Shown: positions 32,215 through 51,258 of the stretch, in pieces | How the letters are laid out: every line of letters begins with the position of its first letter | How positions within the stretch are numbered: the first letter of the stretch is position 1 | Origin: the human T2T-CHM13v2.0 reference genome, Homo sapiens | Assembly (NCBI RefSeq): GCF_009914755.1 | Contig: NC_060938.1 | Length of the DNA stretch: 64,000 nucleotides | Strand: one strand, 5' to 3' | The notes under the pieces: model-generated | Told to the model about the DNA's origin: nothing | Database searches by the model: none | The model's input: the letters and a program-made list of their open reading frames with translations, nothing else | Made by a program: the position numbers and the translations under genes

Positions 32215-32499
32215 CAGTTGGCCTTACATATCCAAGAATTCAACCAATTCCAGATAGAAAATATTGGGGAAAAAAACAATAAAAAATAACATTTAAAACA
32301 CAATATTGTATAACAAATATGTATACAGCATTTACACTGTATTAGGTATCATAAGTAATCTACAGATGGTTTAAAGTATGCAGGAGAATGTGCATAGGTT
32401 ATATGCAAATTACTATGCCATTTTATATAAGGCACTTGAGCACCTGTGGATTTTGGCATCCCCAGGGGGAATCTATCCCCCATGGACATAGAGGGACTG
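32215..32499. mobile_element. MER2-like (Tigger family) DNA transposon
   Basis: ta|cagttggcct...gagggactg|ta termini. Internal aggttatatgcaaat.actatgccattttatataagg.acttgagca. Confidence 0.85.
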
Positions 32500-33270
32500 T
32501 ATTTTTTGTGTCCAAAAGAAGAAAATTTTATGTTCATTGTTAATCAAAGTATCTGACCTACATACAAGAGTCAGGATAAATTATGTCCAAGTCACATACT
32601 TCGAAGAACTCAAACAGTACATTCATCATCGGTGGATAAAAACTAAGTATACTGTCTCTGACAATTCATGCTAAAGTTCTGGCAGATAATTCTGCAACTG
32701 AAAATGTACATTTCATTGACTTTGTAGGACTAGGTTGGGGAGGGAACGACAGCAATCACCATCGCACAGCTTTACGCCTTGTTTACGTTTGATTTAGCAG
32801 AGTTTGGTTGTTCGCTACTGCTACCGGGATTATGAAATGCCTGAAGAGCCTTCCTTCTTCCTCAATTATTACGTAAGGTTACTTTGGCTGGAAGCAGAGA
32901 CAGAAGGAGAAACAGGCTTCATGAACCCTGTACAGTGAATATATCGCACAGGGTCAAAATTCCTATTTGGTATAAGTACTTACTCTTTAATTTACAAATT
33001 TAAGCCACTAAATTTTAGATACTGCCAAGGTGTCTGTGCTTCTATAAGCAAAAGATCATTCACACATACTTAGGTTTAGGACTCCTCTGAGATACAGTTC
33101 AATTAGGGTATTATTCACAGAAAAGTAAAAGGAAGACTAATTTAAAAAATTAAGAGAAACAGAGAATATCCATCCAAAACTCAGACTTACATAAGAATTA
33201 AGTCAAACAAAAAACAGTACTCAAATACACTGATTTTCATGAAAACTAATGACAAAACTTGGGTGTTTTA

Positions 33271-34275
<1,005 letters not shown>

Positions 34276-35832
34276 TAAACAAATGTGAAAATGTTAATTT
34301 AACATACTCAAATATTTCTTGATAGGTACATTAACAACAAAGCCTGGATTACTGTTCTAAAGTATCTAACAGAGTATCTTCACATGGCAGGTATTGAATA
34401 CATCCTTCTTGAAAGTGAATTTTCGTAATATTTCTATGAACGTTCCACACTGTTAGCAACATAAATCACATCCGAGTTCAAATTTGTATTTATCTGTTTC
34501 TCCATGCCCTTCACCTTCTCTACTTGCTGAAGTCCCTAGTACTGGTTAATGGCATTGCCATCAGATGGTTACTCAAGGAAGACATTTTATAGTCACAAAG
34601 CACTGTAAACCATACAACACACTATAAAAGGAAATAACTATTATTATTGCTTCCAACTCTTTCTCTTCCCTTATTCTCACTATTTACTAAAAATGTATCA
34701 ACTTTACCTACACAGTAGCTGTCAAATCTCAAATCTAGCCCCTCTTCTCTGTTCAGGATCTATTTATAATGTGCCGTGTCCCAACAGGTATATTGAGTTC
34801 ACATTTTGAATTACTTAAATGTAGAAGCTCTTCTCTAGAACCTTTAATTTTTTTAAAAAATGCAATTTAGTTTATTATTTTTATCTCAACCATTATTCAA
34901 ATACTGAATAACCGGAACATTGAATTTAAATCAATCATGCACCAATCCCTTTCCAAATTTTAAGTTAATATTCAATTTGTAACACCTAAATCAGGAAATA
35001 ATACAAATTAACCTTCCCATATAAAAGACTCCAACATTTATGAACAAGTCTCATAAAATTAAAGGCATAAAATATACTTGCATTTTCAAAATGGTTGTCA
35101 AGTTAAACATCAATAAAAGTAAATGTGCTATATCTTAAACATCCAATAAGAAATGAATGGGATGTTGATACGCAATATGAGGCAGCATGTAAAATATATA
35201 AGCATGACTGGTGTCATAAAAAGTAAACATCCTTTTCAAGAATATATAAGCAATGTTTTCAAACCTTCTTCATATACTTTTTTGGATGCCCACAAGTAAA
35301 AATAAAACTGAATTTATCATATTTAACATTTAAAAATATTTCTGACAGGACCATTTCAAAGAATGATAGAAGCCTTGCTTTTTTCCCCAAGTCAATTTTG
35401 TTGGTGAATATTATTCTATGTTACTGTCTGACAGCTTTAAATGTAACCCAAACAATAAACAGGTAATTTTTATCTATATAATCCTATATAACAATTAACC
35501 ACATTTTAATTTTTATAAAGATCATTTAAGCATATTTTAATTTTTATAAATATCATTTATATAAGGTATATCATTGCTGAAAATAAAATTATACAACTTA
35601 TAAAATTATACAAGTTGAATGGATAAGTTTTAGTAAAGCAGTTACTTATACAGAGTAAGTCCAATAATTAAGATGTTATTCATTTCAGTGATACCAATTC
35701 CAAAGGAAAAAAATGTGCAAAACTGTGAAGAGAGGTAAAGAACACTAAGTAACAGTATCCCATTAATGCTAAATATGGAAGATGACAAAAATACAAAGTT
35801 AGGCTTTGTAAACACAGCAAAGAGAGGATTAC

Positions 35833-35841
35833 CTGGAACCT
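35833..35841 (-). CDS. EML5: EML5 9-nt microexon (R)GS(R)
   Basis: tttttccctctttatctgctgctgaaaag|AGGTTCCAG|gtaatc, phase 2-2, TGCTGC just upstream of the acceptor. Confidence 0.8.
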
Positions 35842-35989
35842 CTTTTCAGCAGCAGATAAAGAGGGAAAAAGATTACAACATAAATTTGAATTGAAAACAC
35901 TAGTGAAATACCTCCTGTAATAAAATATTTTAACAAGTTTAATGCAGACAGCTATATTGCATAATATTAAAGGCCTGTTGTTTTTAGTT

Positions 35990-36293
35990 TATAATCCCAG
36001 CACTTTGGGAGCCCAAGGCAGGAGGATCACGAGGTCAGGAGTTCGAGACCAGCCTGGCCAACATGGTGAAATCCCGTCTCTACTAAAAATACAAAAAACA
36101 TTAGCCAGGCATGGTGGCACGCACCTGTAATCCCATCTACTCAGGAGGCTGAGGCAGGAGAACTGCTTGAACCCAGGAAACGGAGGTTGCAGTGAGCCAA
36201 GACTGCATGCGCCACTGCACTGCAGCCTGGGCGACAGAGCACGACTCCATCTCAAAAAAAAGAAAAAAAAGAAAGAAAAAAGAATAAAGAAAA
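35990..36293 (+). mobile_element. Alu (AluS-like, 5' truncated)
   Basis: taatcccagcactttgggag...A-rich tail. Confidence 0.93.
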
Positions 36294-36300
36294 GGCATAA

Positions 36301-36596
36301 GGCTGGGCACAGTGGCTCACACCTGTAATCCTAGCACTTTGAGAGGCCAAAGCAAGAGGATTGCTTGAGCCTGGGAGTTTGAGACCAGCCTGGGCAACAC
36401 TGTGAGACCCCATCTCTATAAAAAACACAACAATTAGCCAGGCCTGTGGCACCTATAGTCCCAGCTACATGGGAGGGTGATGTGGGAGAATCACTTGACC
36501 TGGAAGGTCAAGGCTGCAGTGAGCTGTGATCACATCACTGCACTCAGCCTAGGTAACAGAGTGAGACCGTCTCAAAAAAAAAAAAAAAAAAAAAAA
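36301..36596 (+). mobile_element. Alu (AluJ-like)
   Basis: Sense Alu with long A tail. Confidence 0.93.
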
Positions 36597-37249
36597 GGGT
36601 TACTCCATTAATTAATAACAGGGAATCACAAGAAAGGTGAAAAAAGAAAAAAACAAATAAATGAGAATTCAATATATTTCATGTTGTGAACTTTAAAGCT
36701 TGCCATTCTTATTTTTCTGCAATATAATCTGAATTTTAAACAAAACATTTAAGCTTATTTTTGTTTTTAAGAATGGGCACTGGCACTAAAATGTTAATTT
36801 AAAAAGCTGGTAGCACTGGAGATACTTCAAAGGAAATTGTCTAAAGAGCCTAAGTTCCACCTGTTCTGACCTAAGAGGGTTCCCCAGTCAGTGAATCCAA
36901 GCAGGCAGAATTAGTCACTCGGGACTATGCTGAATTTAGAATTTTGCTAGTAAAAAAAGTAATCTTTAAAAAGTTTTTTTTCTCTCTTAATAGCATAATG
37001 ATCAAAACAAAATTGGAAGGAATCATGAAAGTCATTTCATCCATTTTCCCACTGAGACCAGGAACCTTCTTTACATGTCTAGAACAATCATTGTACAGCT
37101 TTGATGACAACTAATCATCTAAACTCTGTATAAATACTGCTTGTGACAGGTCTCTTCTACATAAAAAGCCATTCATATCCAAGATAACAATGATATCTCC
37201 ATTTAGTTTTCTTGTTTTGAAACAAGATTCCCAGAATAATAATTATTAT

Positions 37250-37542
37250 ATTTTTTTGAGACAGGGTCTTGCTCTGTCACCCAAGCTAGAGTGCAGTGGT
37301 GTGATCATGGCTTACTTGAGCTTTGACCTCCCACGCTCCAGACATCTTCCTGCCACAGCATCCCACGTAGCTGGGACCACAGGTGCACACCACCACACCC
37401 TGCTAATTTTTAAAATTTTTTTTGTAGAGACGGTGCCTCATCAGATTGGCTAGGCTGATCTTTAACTCCTGGCCTCAACTGATCCTTCAAACTTAACATC
37501 CCAAAGTGCTGGGATTACAGGCATAAACCACTGCACCCGGTC
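37250..37542 (-). mobile_element. Alu (AluJ-like)
   Basis: Diverged antisense Alu. Confidence 0.9.
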
Positions 37543-37934
37543 AATTAACTATTCTTTATATGAAGTGGCCTCCCAACCTCCCTTCCTCCTGTGCTTTCTT
37601 CTAGCCCATTATAAACTATCCAAGTCTCCTTTAAAATGTAGAGATCAGTACTGAGTAAGCTATTCTAGATGTGAGGCTAGATCCGGGTGCTTTATTTCTG
37701 GTAAAATAGTATAAGATTTTATGGCCCATTTTAGAGGTTGCTTCATACTCTGAACTCATATCTTTGTACACACCACTCTGCTTAAAACAGATGATGGATT
37801 CCTGCTGTAGATATAATATTAACAGGTGCCTATTATTTGAGTTTCTGCACCATCTGGTCTCAAGTCTACTGTTTTCATCCTTATCTCCCAGCATTTTCCT
37901 AGTGATACCTTCCTCCCGCCACCCCCCACCCCCG

Positions 37935-38240
37935 AAACAGGGTCTTGCTGTGTTGCCCAAGCTGGAGTGTAGTGATGCCATCACAGCTCACTGCAGCCTC
38001 AAACTCCCAGGCTCAAGAGACCCTCTCACCTCAGCCTCCTGAGTAGCTGGGACCACAGGGCTGCCACCACACCCAGCTAATTTATTTTTACTTTTATTTT
38101 TTGTAGAGACAGGGTCTCATCATGTTGTCTAGGCTGGTCTTGAACTCCCAGGCTCTAGCAATCCTCTCACTTCGGCCTTCCCAAGTGCTGAGATTACAGG
38201 CCTGAGCCACAATTACAGGCCTGAGCCACCGTGCCCAGCC
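37935..38240 (-). mobile_element. Alu (AluJ-like)
   Basis: Antisense Alu with an internal duplication of attacaggcctgagccac. Confidence 0.9.
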
Positions 38241-38797
38241 ATGATACCTTTTTTAATTTATAAAACAGACTAGCCATTTCCACACTGTCGTTTCAGAAAC
38301 TCTTTCAAGACATTTTCACATCACCAAAGGTAGATATAAAAGTAACCCAAAGAGTCTTTACCTACATGTCATTTTATTAAACATACAAATACCATAGTTA
38401 CCCTCTTTTCATCTTTTTAAATGAATGGATTAAACATGCATTAAATCATGTTAACAGGTTTAAAATTGAATAGTCTTTCACTTAAATATATGTGTGGTTA
38501 GGTTTGTTTTTACGAGCCTCTGAAACTTAAAGAAAACCAAAACTATTCATTTGCATTGTAGTAGTTTGTACAGTCATATGTAAAACAATTTATCATAATG
38601 AAGACCCTTATAATAACAACCATATATGCTATCTAAAAATGCAACTCTTTTATAGAATTTGTCCTACTTCATTTTATAATGCTTTGTTGACAAATGTAGT
38701 TAAATGTTTTATAGGGAAAAAATACCTTAAAATACCATAAAGAATAAAATAAAGGGTAAATTTTTGAATAAAATATTTTCTTTTATAAAACACTTAC

Positions 38798-38812
38798 CTT
38801 ACTACTCCCTGC
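38798..38812 (-). CDS. EML5: EML5 15-nt microexon (R)QGVV(R)
   Basis: ttttttcccccttgctccttttgaag|GCAGGGAGTAGTAAG|gtaagt, phase 2-2, consensus donor. Confidence 0.85.
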
Positions 38813-38984
38813 CTTCAAAAGGAGCAAGGGGGAAAAAAGTAGGAAAACATATAAAAATTGATGATGAATAGAATACAGCATTTTAGCAAACAGAAGAAAG
38901 GCAACATGTCAACAGAATTTTAAGGAAATACAAAAATGTCTAACTTATGTCACATTGGTTTAAACATTGATTTAAATATTTTTA

Positions 38985-39380
<396 letters not shown>

Positions 39381-39509
39381 TATTAAAAAAGAAAAAGGTA
39401 AAATTATCACTTAGGAAAAACATCCACGAAAGTATCAACCAAATAGAATGGTTATTGTCATCAGAAGCATTTTTCCTTTTAAGTGGATATTTGATAAGTA
39501 TTTAATTGT

Positions 39510-39827
39510 TTTTAATTTTTTTTTCATTTATTTATTCTCCCAGAGACAGGATCCCACTCTGCTGCCATAGCTGGAGTGCAAGGGTGCGATCATAGCTCAC
39601 TGCAGCCTCCAACTCCTGGGCTGAAGCAATCCTCCTGCTCAGCCTCCTGAGTAGGAACCTCCTGGTACAGGCATGTACTACCATTCTTGGCTAATTTTTC
39701 TATTTTTTGTAGAAATGGGGTCTTGCTGTGTTACCCAGGCTGGTGCTAAACACCTAGTCTCAAGCAGTCCTCCCACTTCAGCCTCCCAAAGCACTGAGAT
39801 TGCAGGCATGAGGCACAGCACCTGGCC
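39510..39827 (-). mobile_element. Alu (AluJ-like)
   Basis: Diverged antisense Alu. Confidence 0.9.
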
Positions 39828-40040
39828 TGTTTTCCATATAAAGTGCTTTATTTCATATTTATGACAGTAATATATGTTACTAAAAAGCAATTATTTAAAT
39901 AAACCATGAACCATATTATCTCCTCACAAATATTCTAAGTTGGTAAAAGAGATATGAACCTCTTCATTTGTAATCTCCTTTGATTTTTTTTCATTTTGTG
40001 AAAATGAAATCACATTAATGACTTCTGCCTTGTCATTTTC

Positions 40041-40129
40041 TTTTTTTTTTTTTTTTTTTTTTTTAAGGCAAAGAGTAGAGCTTGGACTCTGCCACGGGGG
40101 CCAACAGACCCTCTCTCTCCCTCCCCACA
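40041..40129 (-). pseudogene. Tiny polyadenylated retroposed insert of unknown source
   Basis: 65 unique nt plus a ~24-nt A tail on the - strand, between perfect 13-bp TSDs ccttgtcattttc (40028-40040 and 40130-40142). Confidence 0.8.
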
Positions 40130-40779
40130 CCTTGTCATTTTCAAAATATTTAGCAGGGTTGAAATTGTAAAGTAAATTGAGAACAAAATGCAAAGCAATT
40201 TGAAAAATTACTTTGAAAAAGTTAGCTGCAGAATATACAAGCTAACATCAAAGATTTCAGTTATGACAGTGTTAATCATTCTTCATGAGTAGTAAAATAT
40301 TTCCATCTGTCAGAACATGCCTCACTTCAGCAATGGGTGGAAATTTACATTTAAGTGTTTTACCGTGAATGAAGCAGACTACAGATTAAAATTAGGTCAC
40401 ATTTTCTGACATACCAAATTTATCCAATAAATAATTTTTTTAAAAAATCAATATAACAAATGAAAGAAATTTATGGGAATGTCTAGAGCCCCTTCTTCCC
40501 CATAGAACACTTTTCACTTTTCATTACTTAGGAGACATAATTTTCCTTAAGTCATATTAAACACTACACTTCAAATATTCTAATTAGAATATTTAAATAA
40601 TATTATATTTTCATATTTATCTGTATTTATCTAATAAATACATATGTAGCGCTTATTGCTTTGTGAATATTTAATTTCAGAAATAATGTTTAAGTATTTA
40701 CCAGGTATCTCCTCAGTTAACTTTCATTTCATTCCAAGGGATAAGGTGTCATTAATGAAGACCTACTATCTAAATTCTT

Positions 40780-40970
40780 GATTTACATTATTTCATTTAA
40801 AACTTGAAATATACCATAAGTTAGGGATTATAATGTTCATTTTGCCACTGAGGAAACTGAGGTTCAGAAAGAATGAATAATTTTTCAAACTCACACAACT
40901 GGTAATGAAAAAAATGAGTATTTTACCCATTTGTCTGACTCCAGAATTCATGTCCTTTGCACTATACGAT
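40780..40970. mobile_element. MIR
   Basis: cattttgccactgaggaaactgaggttcaga...tgtctgactccaga is the MIR core. Confidence 0.75.
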
Positions 40971-41761
40971 GCTGCATTCTAGCAAGTTACTTGAAACATG
41001 GAATTCTGTACAAGTACTTAGATTATGGTATACTGTGCTTTCTTAAAAATATCCCTAATTTAATACTTTGCCTCTTTATACATAATGAAAAACTGGATGA
41101 TCACTCTCCATCCCCTTTCCTTAGGTGACCTCCCATTGCTATGATCTGAGGTACATGAGGTATACCATCAGCAAACGACACCTGGAAAAGGAGCTGAGGA
41201 GGCACTGCGCCCTTAACACTCCATCTAGACTTCCCTGGCAACGCGGGGGTCAGTCAATTTACAAGATCTCTCAGTTCTCCCTTCCCCATTACTAACGTGT
41301 TTTTCACCTTAACTTCATCCCTTTCCCCGAATATAAAATCCATAGGTGCAAACTCAAATCCCTCTGACGAAGCTTTCCTGTAGTCATTTCTATCTCTCTG
41401 AGTTCCAAAATTCTTCAGCACTATCCTAAATGGCCACAAATTCGCTTGAATTTTCTACAAATCCTGTTCAACTGTGAATGAATTCCCTTTTAATTTCTCC
41501 CTCAAATTGTCCACTAACTTCTCATAATAAAGTTTTCCTCACCACAACCTTGTTCTCACCTCCCACTCCCTCTGTTCCTTCTTACTGTTTCTGGATCTTT
41601 TCCTTTTTTGTTCTTTAAACCTCTTTGCTTCTGAAGTCCATGCCATTCAATGCTCCATATCCCTTTTTATTGTTTACCACCTTTGATTTTGAAACACTAG
41701 TTTCACAATTTATTTCTTAATCTGTCATCTAGCTCAGAGACTTTATTAAAAAGTGATCTCT

Positions 41762-45507
<3,746 letters not shown>

Positions 45508-45887
45508 AAAAAGTGATCTCTCCTCATAAAATGGCCTTGCATATGTCCTTACTTTTTTATTTGCTGATTCTAGACTAAGACCAATAATTCCCATTAAAGA
45601 CAACCTGCCTTTTTAGAAAATTTTTGAAATGAGGACTGACTATGCTTAAAGAAAGGCACATGGATAGGCAGGCCTTTTCAAAATTGAATCACAATACTGC
45701 TCACATACTTCTTAAAAAGTACTCGGTATTGGATTCAATTTTTATTATCTCCTCCAACCTCATCACACACATTTATAAAAGTTAGCAAATAAGATGAATC
45801 ATATCAACCTTATAAACATGTATAAATCCCTAAACCAATAGTGTTAACACATAGTGTTACCATCAATAGGGTTTTGTTTTTGTGGGT

Positions 45888-46095
45888 ATTTTTTTTTGAG
45901 ACAGGGCCTCATTCTGACACTCAGGTAGGAGTGCAGTGGCACCAATCATAACTCACTGCAATCTCAACTTCCTGGGCTCAAGCAATGCTCCTGCCTCAGC
46001 CTTTGAAGTAGCTGGGGCTACAAACACACACCACTAAACCTGGATTATTTTTATATTTCCATAGAGACAAGGTCTCACTACATCACCCAGGCTGA
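45888..46095 (-). mobile_element. Alu fragment (AluJ-like)
   Basis: Antisense right arm plus a partial left arm. Confidence 0.85.
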
Positions 46096-46261
46096 TACCA
46101 AAAGGTATTTAAAGACAGACATACTTTCTAAGAGGTGCTGTGAATTGTCTATAGCAAGAATATCACTGTTACTTAGTTTGTGTAAAAAAGCCACTTAAAT
46201 AATAAATTCCATTTTTAATGACAATATCTTTTTCTTCATCTAATACTAAACTAAATTATTA

Positions 46262-46468
<207 letters not shown>

Positions 46469-47053
46469 TCAACAATATGAAATAAATTAAGTTGTTATAA
46501 GCAAATTATGAAGTAATATACAACCAGAAAAAACGATGTAGAAGAATATTTAATTATATGTAATGATGTTTTCAAAGTATTACTAAGTAATAATAGCAGG
46601 TTAAAAAATAAGTTCAATATGACCATACTTTTCTTAAAAAAATATTAGCTACATACATCTTAGGATATACCCCAAATATTAGAAGAGGTGTTACCTCTGT
46701 GTGGTCAAATTATGGAGGCTGTGTTTAATTTTTATGGCAAAATACATTTTCTATAACGAGCTGATATTACTGGTATATTAGAAGAAAATCAAAATTATTT
46801 TAAAATATGAGGTTTAATAATATAAAATTTACCTTAACAGTACTTATTTAAAATTCAGATATTTTTCATTTGTAGATAAATAATATCAAAGTCATAAATT
46901 CATGGCAACCTGTTGTTCTTGAGTCACAAAATGGATTTTGATGTTAAACAGACTAAAAACAGTACCACTACAATTATTCAAACATTATTATTACTTGCTT
47001 TAACTTCCACAGCTTAAACAAGTTGTGCTAAATTTTCCCTATATTTTTGTTCA

Positions 47054-47275
<222 letters not shown>

Positions 47276-48127
47276 CTAAAGAGGAAGAAAATTCAAACAA
47301 TCTTTCTGAGAAATTTCATTATTTAAATATTTCCATTATGATTTTGAATTTTATTAATAATTAAAAATTAATCATTTCAAGTGCAATGTGTTAAAAAAAA
47401 TGAGAAAATACTGAAACTCAGCAGAATAAAAGATACCAATTCCTAAACCTGTTAAGGACAAGATCTAAAACCAGTAGTTTCACAAAATGCTGGTACCCCA
47501 GGCAAAACTCTTTAAAAAACCAACTTGGTATTCTGCATTAAAAGCATAAAAATGTTCTTGTATTTGACTCACCCATCTCCCTTTTAGGGATCTATGCTAA
47601 GAAATGCTATCTGTGTAAAAAAATACTTACCATGGTATTTACTTATAGTAGTGAAAAAAATTAAATACCTTAAATGTTCAAAGTAATAGTTAATTACAAT
47701 GTATATGGAATAGTGTATATATATTAAAGACAATGGTTATGCAGATGTACTGTTGGAAATAGATACAATAATTGAGAAAGGATACACATGCCTATGTACA
47801 GCATGAGTATGTTAACAAAAAGTAACTATCGATTGATTGCTTTGGTACACATATATTTATATACCCATGTAAATATCTTTCATCTCAATTCATTAGTGCT
47901 TTTTTTTGTAAGCAATACACATAGAAATGTATTTTCCTTTTAAATAACAATAAAGTTTAAGTTATTGTTATTATGGTATTAGCATTACCAAGTTACATAA
48001 ATTTCAGATCAAAGCATCATAAAGCAGGTTTTCCGTTAACATCTTTTCAAAGGTGTTAAAATGAGAGATGTCTTATACAAAACACAGTGATAGCAAAATT
48101 TGTGAATTCCCTAGGAATGACGACTCT

Positions 48128-48397
48128 CTTTTTTTTTTTTGATACTGGAATGCAGTGGCACGATCTTGGCCCACTGTAACCTCCGCCTCCTGGTTCAAGC
48201 GATTCTTCTACCTCAGCCTCCCAAGTAGCTGGGAATACAGGGACCCGCCACCGTGCCCAGCTAATTTTTTCTGTTTTTAATAGAGACGGGGTTTCACCAT
48301 GTTGACTAGGCTGGTCTCGAACTCCTGACCTCAGGTGATCCACCTGCCTCGGCCTCCCAAAGTGCTGGGATTATAGGCGTAAGCCACTGCGCCCAGC
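48128..48397 (-). mobile_element. Alu (AluS-like)
   Basis: TSD aggaatga(c/t)gactct. Confidence 0.93.
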
Positions 48398-48879
48398 AGG
48401 AATGATGACTCTTAATAATTAAGTCAGGGTGAGGGATCTGTCATCAAAGCATGGCAAGAAGGTAGTTTCTCTAAGACTGTGTGGTTCTTGCTACACTAAG
48501 GTGAAAACATAATCTGCAGATCAATATTCCAGAACCTATTCCTAAGGGATCTACACCATCTGGAACGCTGGAAGTGAAGTTTCTGGCAAATATTTTAGTG
48601 GAACACATTGTTAACAACTAAGACTCTACCATTTACATGTATCTAAAACAGGAATCAGTGGAATATTTTCTTGGGTGTCTGAGTTTTCAATGAGAATTTT
48701 TAAACCTGTGTTTTCATTTCAATGCTGATCTAAAAATATTAATATGAGCAGTTACTCAAGATCACCAGGAACTGAATACCACAATATCATTTCAGTGCCA
48801 TATTTCAAATTTATCTTTATGTTCATGTTGGTGCCAGAGTATAATATATAACTTAATTTGTGAATTAAGAAATAAATGC

Positions 48880-49185
48880 TGCCAGATAACAGTGACTCGC
48901 GCCTGTAATCCCACCACTTTAGGATGCCGAGGCAGGAGGATCACCTGGGTTCAGGAGTTTGAGACCAGCATAGGCAACATCTGGAGACCCCATCTCTACA
49001 AAAAAAAATTTTTTTTTACATTAGCCAGGCATGGTGGCATGTGCCTGTGGTCCCAGTTACTCAAGAGGCTGAGGTGGGAGGATAACTTGGGTCTGGAAGG
49101 TCGATGCTGCAGTGAGCCATGATTGCGCCATTGCATTCCAGCCTGGGTCACAGAGAGAGACGCTGTCTTAAAAAAAAAAAAAAAA
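48880..49185 (+). mobile_element. Alu (AluJ-like)
   Basis: Sense Alu with A tail. Confidence 0.9.
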
Positions 49186-49347
49186 GAAAGGAATGCATTG
49201 TATCTGGACTTGATATATAAATTTTATTTCCGTGTTAAGGAAAAGCCTAATATTTTACAGTAGTTTGAACAGAGGGAAGTGATAAAAGAATTAAGTACTT
49301 GCACAGCACACATTAGCATAGGTACGTAGAATGCCAAAGAATCTGTT

Positions 49348-49660
<313 letters not shown>

Positions 49661-49989
49661 TTAATATACATAAGCAGGAAGTAAATACCAATTTTAAGCA
49701 GAAAATCATCAACAAATGATGCTGATGATTTAAAATGCACATATATTCTGCTACGAAAGCAGAAAAAAAGAATTTGTATGATTTGGTTTCAAAAAAAGTC
49801 ATTCATTACATTAAATCAATGGTGCTTAATTTTATAAGTGTAAGTATTTTCTATTTAATTGGTTAAAACAACTTCAAGTTTGAAGCTGTAACTATAAAGA
49901 GTTTATATTTATTGTTAATAGTATATATTTAATTAAAAATTGAAAAATTATTGAAGTTAATATTGGGGATAAAAGGAATGTGTCTCTCT

Positions 49990-50282
49990 CTCTGACACAG
50001 GGTTTTGCGCTGTCACCCAGACTGGTGTGCAATGACATGACCACAGCTCACTGTAGCCTCCAACTCCTGGGCTCAAGCAATCTTCCCACCTCAGCCTCCT
50101 GAGTAGCTAGGACTACAGGCATGTGCCACAATGCCTGGCTAATTTTTTTCTCTGTTTTGTAGAGAGGAAGTCTTGCTATGCTGCCCAGGCTGGCCTGAAA
50201 CGCCTGGCCTCAAGTGATCCTCCCACCTCAGGCTCCCAAAGTACTATACTGGGATTATAGGCATGAGCCACTGTCCCCAGCC
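49990..50282 (-). mobile_element. Alu (AluJ-like)
   Basis: Antisense Alu. Confidence 0.9.
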
Positions 50283-50525
50283 AAGATGTTTCTTGTAAAA
50301 GGGATATTCATATTAGTCAATATTGAAAAACACTATAGGATATGATATATAACTTAATGTATGGGATTATAAATTACAATACTTAAAAGCTATAGATATG
50401 AAACATAATTCTGAACCTTTCATATTACAACATTACATATTACATATGTACAATTAATAACAATGAAGTGCTATGACAGGACATTACCTTAACCATTTCA
50501 TAATTGATGATCATTAGGAAAGTTA

Positions 50526-50717
<192 letters not shown>

Positions 50718-51226
50718 CTAAAAATGAAAAACAATGCTGTAAGTTTGGATTATCCAAACCTAAAGTATTAACAACCAAAATGTAAACATTTTTCTTTGTA
50801 GTTATGTGTGTCACAAGTAAAATGAAAGTTTTAATGAAAAAATAGTTAAATTATTAGTTGTCTTGGTTTTGTAACTCCCCAGAGCCTACTAATTGCTGCA
50901 GAAAAATTTTAACATAGTATTATTCAGAATATAATTATATATCCACTGTGTGTTCTAGATGCTAAGCATACAGTGTTAATAATAAAACCGTTTCTGACTT
51001 TAGGATAATCAAGTAAGATTCTTACAGTTCATGTTTAAATTTCTAATAATGCATTATGTTTTCCAACTAACCCTTACTAGAAATTTAGAACTTTTACTTA
51101 TGGTCTCTCCCTTCATTAAGACACTTTCATGTTAAATTTGTTAAGCCTCTCTTCCTAGGCCAAGATAAAAAATAAAAAAAAAAAGGCTAATATTGTCAGG
51201 CACAAAATGCAACACAATTTTTCTTG

Positions 51227-51258
<32 letters not shown>

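Noticed and set aside
40573-40594. 22-bp perfect palindrome aaatattctaattagaatattt
   Set aside because: It is AT-rich and isolated, with no associated feature to suggest function.
40702-40765. Possible cryptic exon ending CTG|gtaaat on the - strand
   Set aside because: The acceptor has no pyrimidine tract and several competing AGs, so there is no support beyond the donor.
41120-41260. CpG-containing unique stretch with an acceptor-like ctccttttccag and a partial RFX-like gttgccagggaag
   Set aside because: There is no good in-frame donor, and the motif matches only a half-site.
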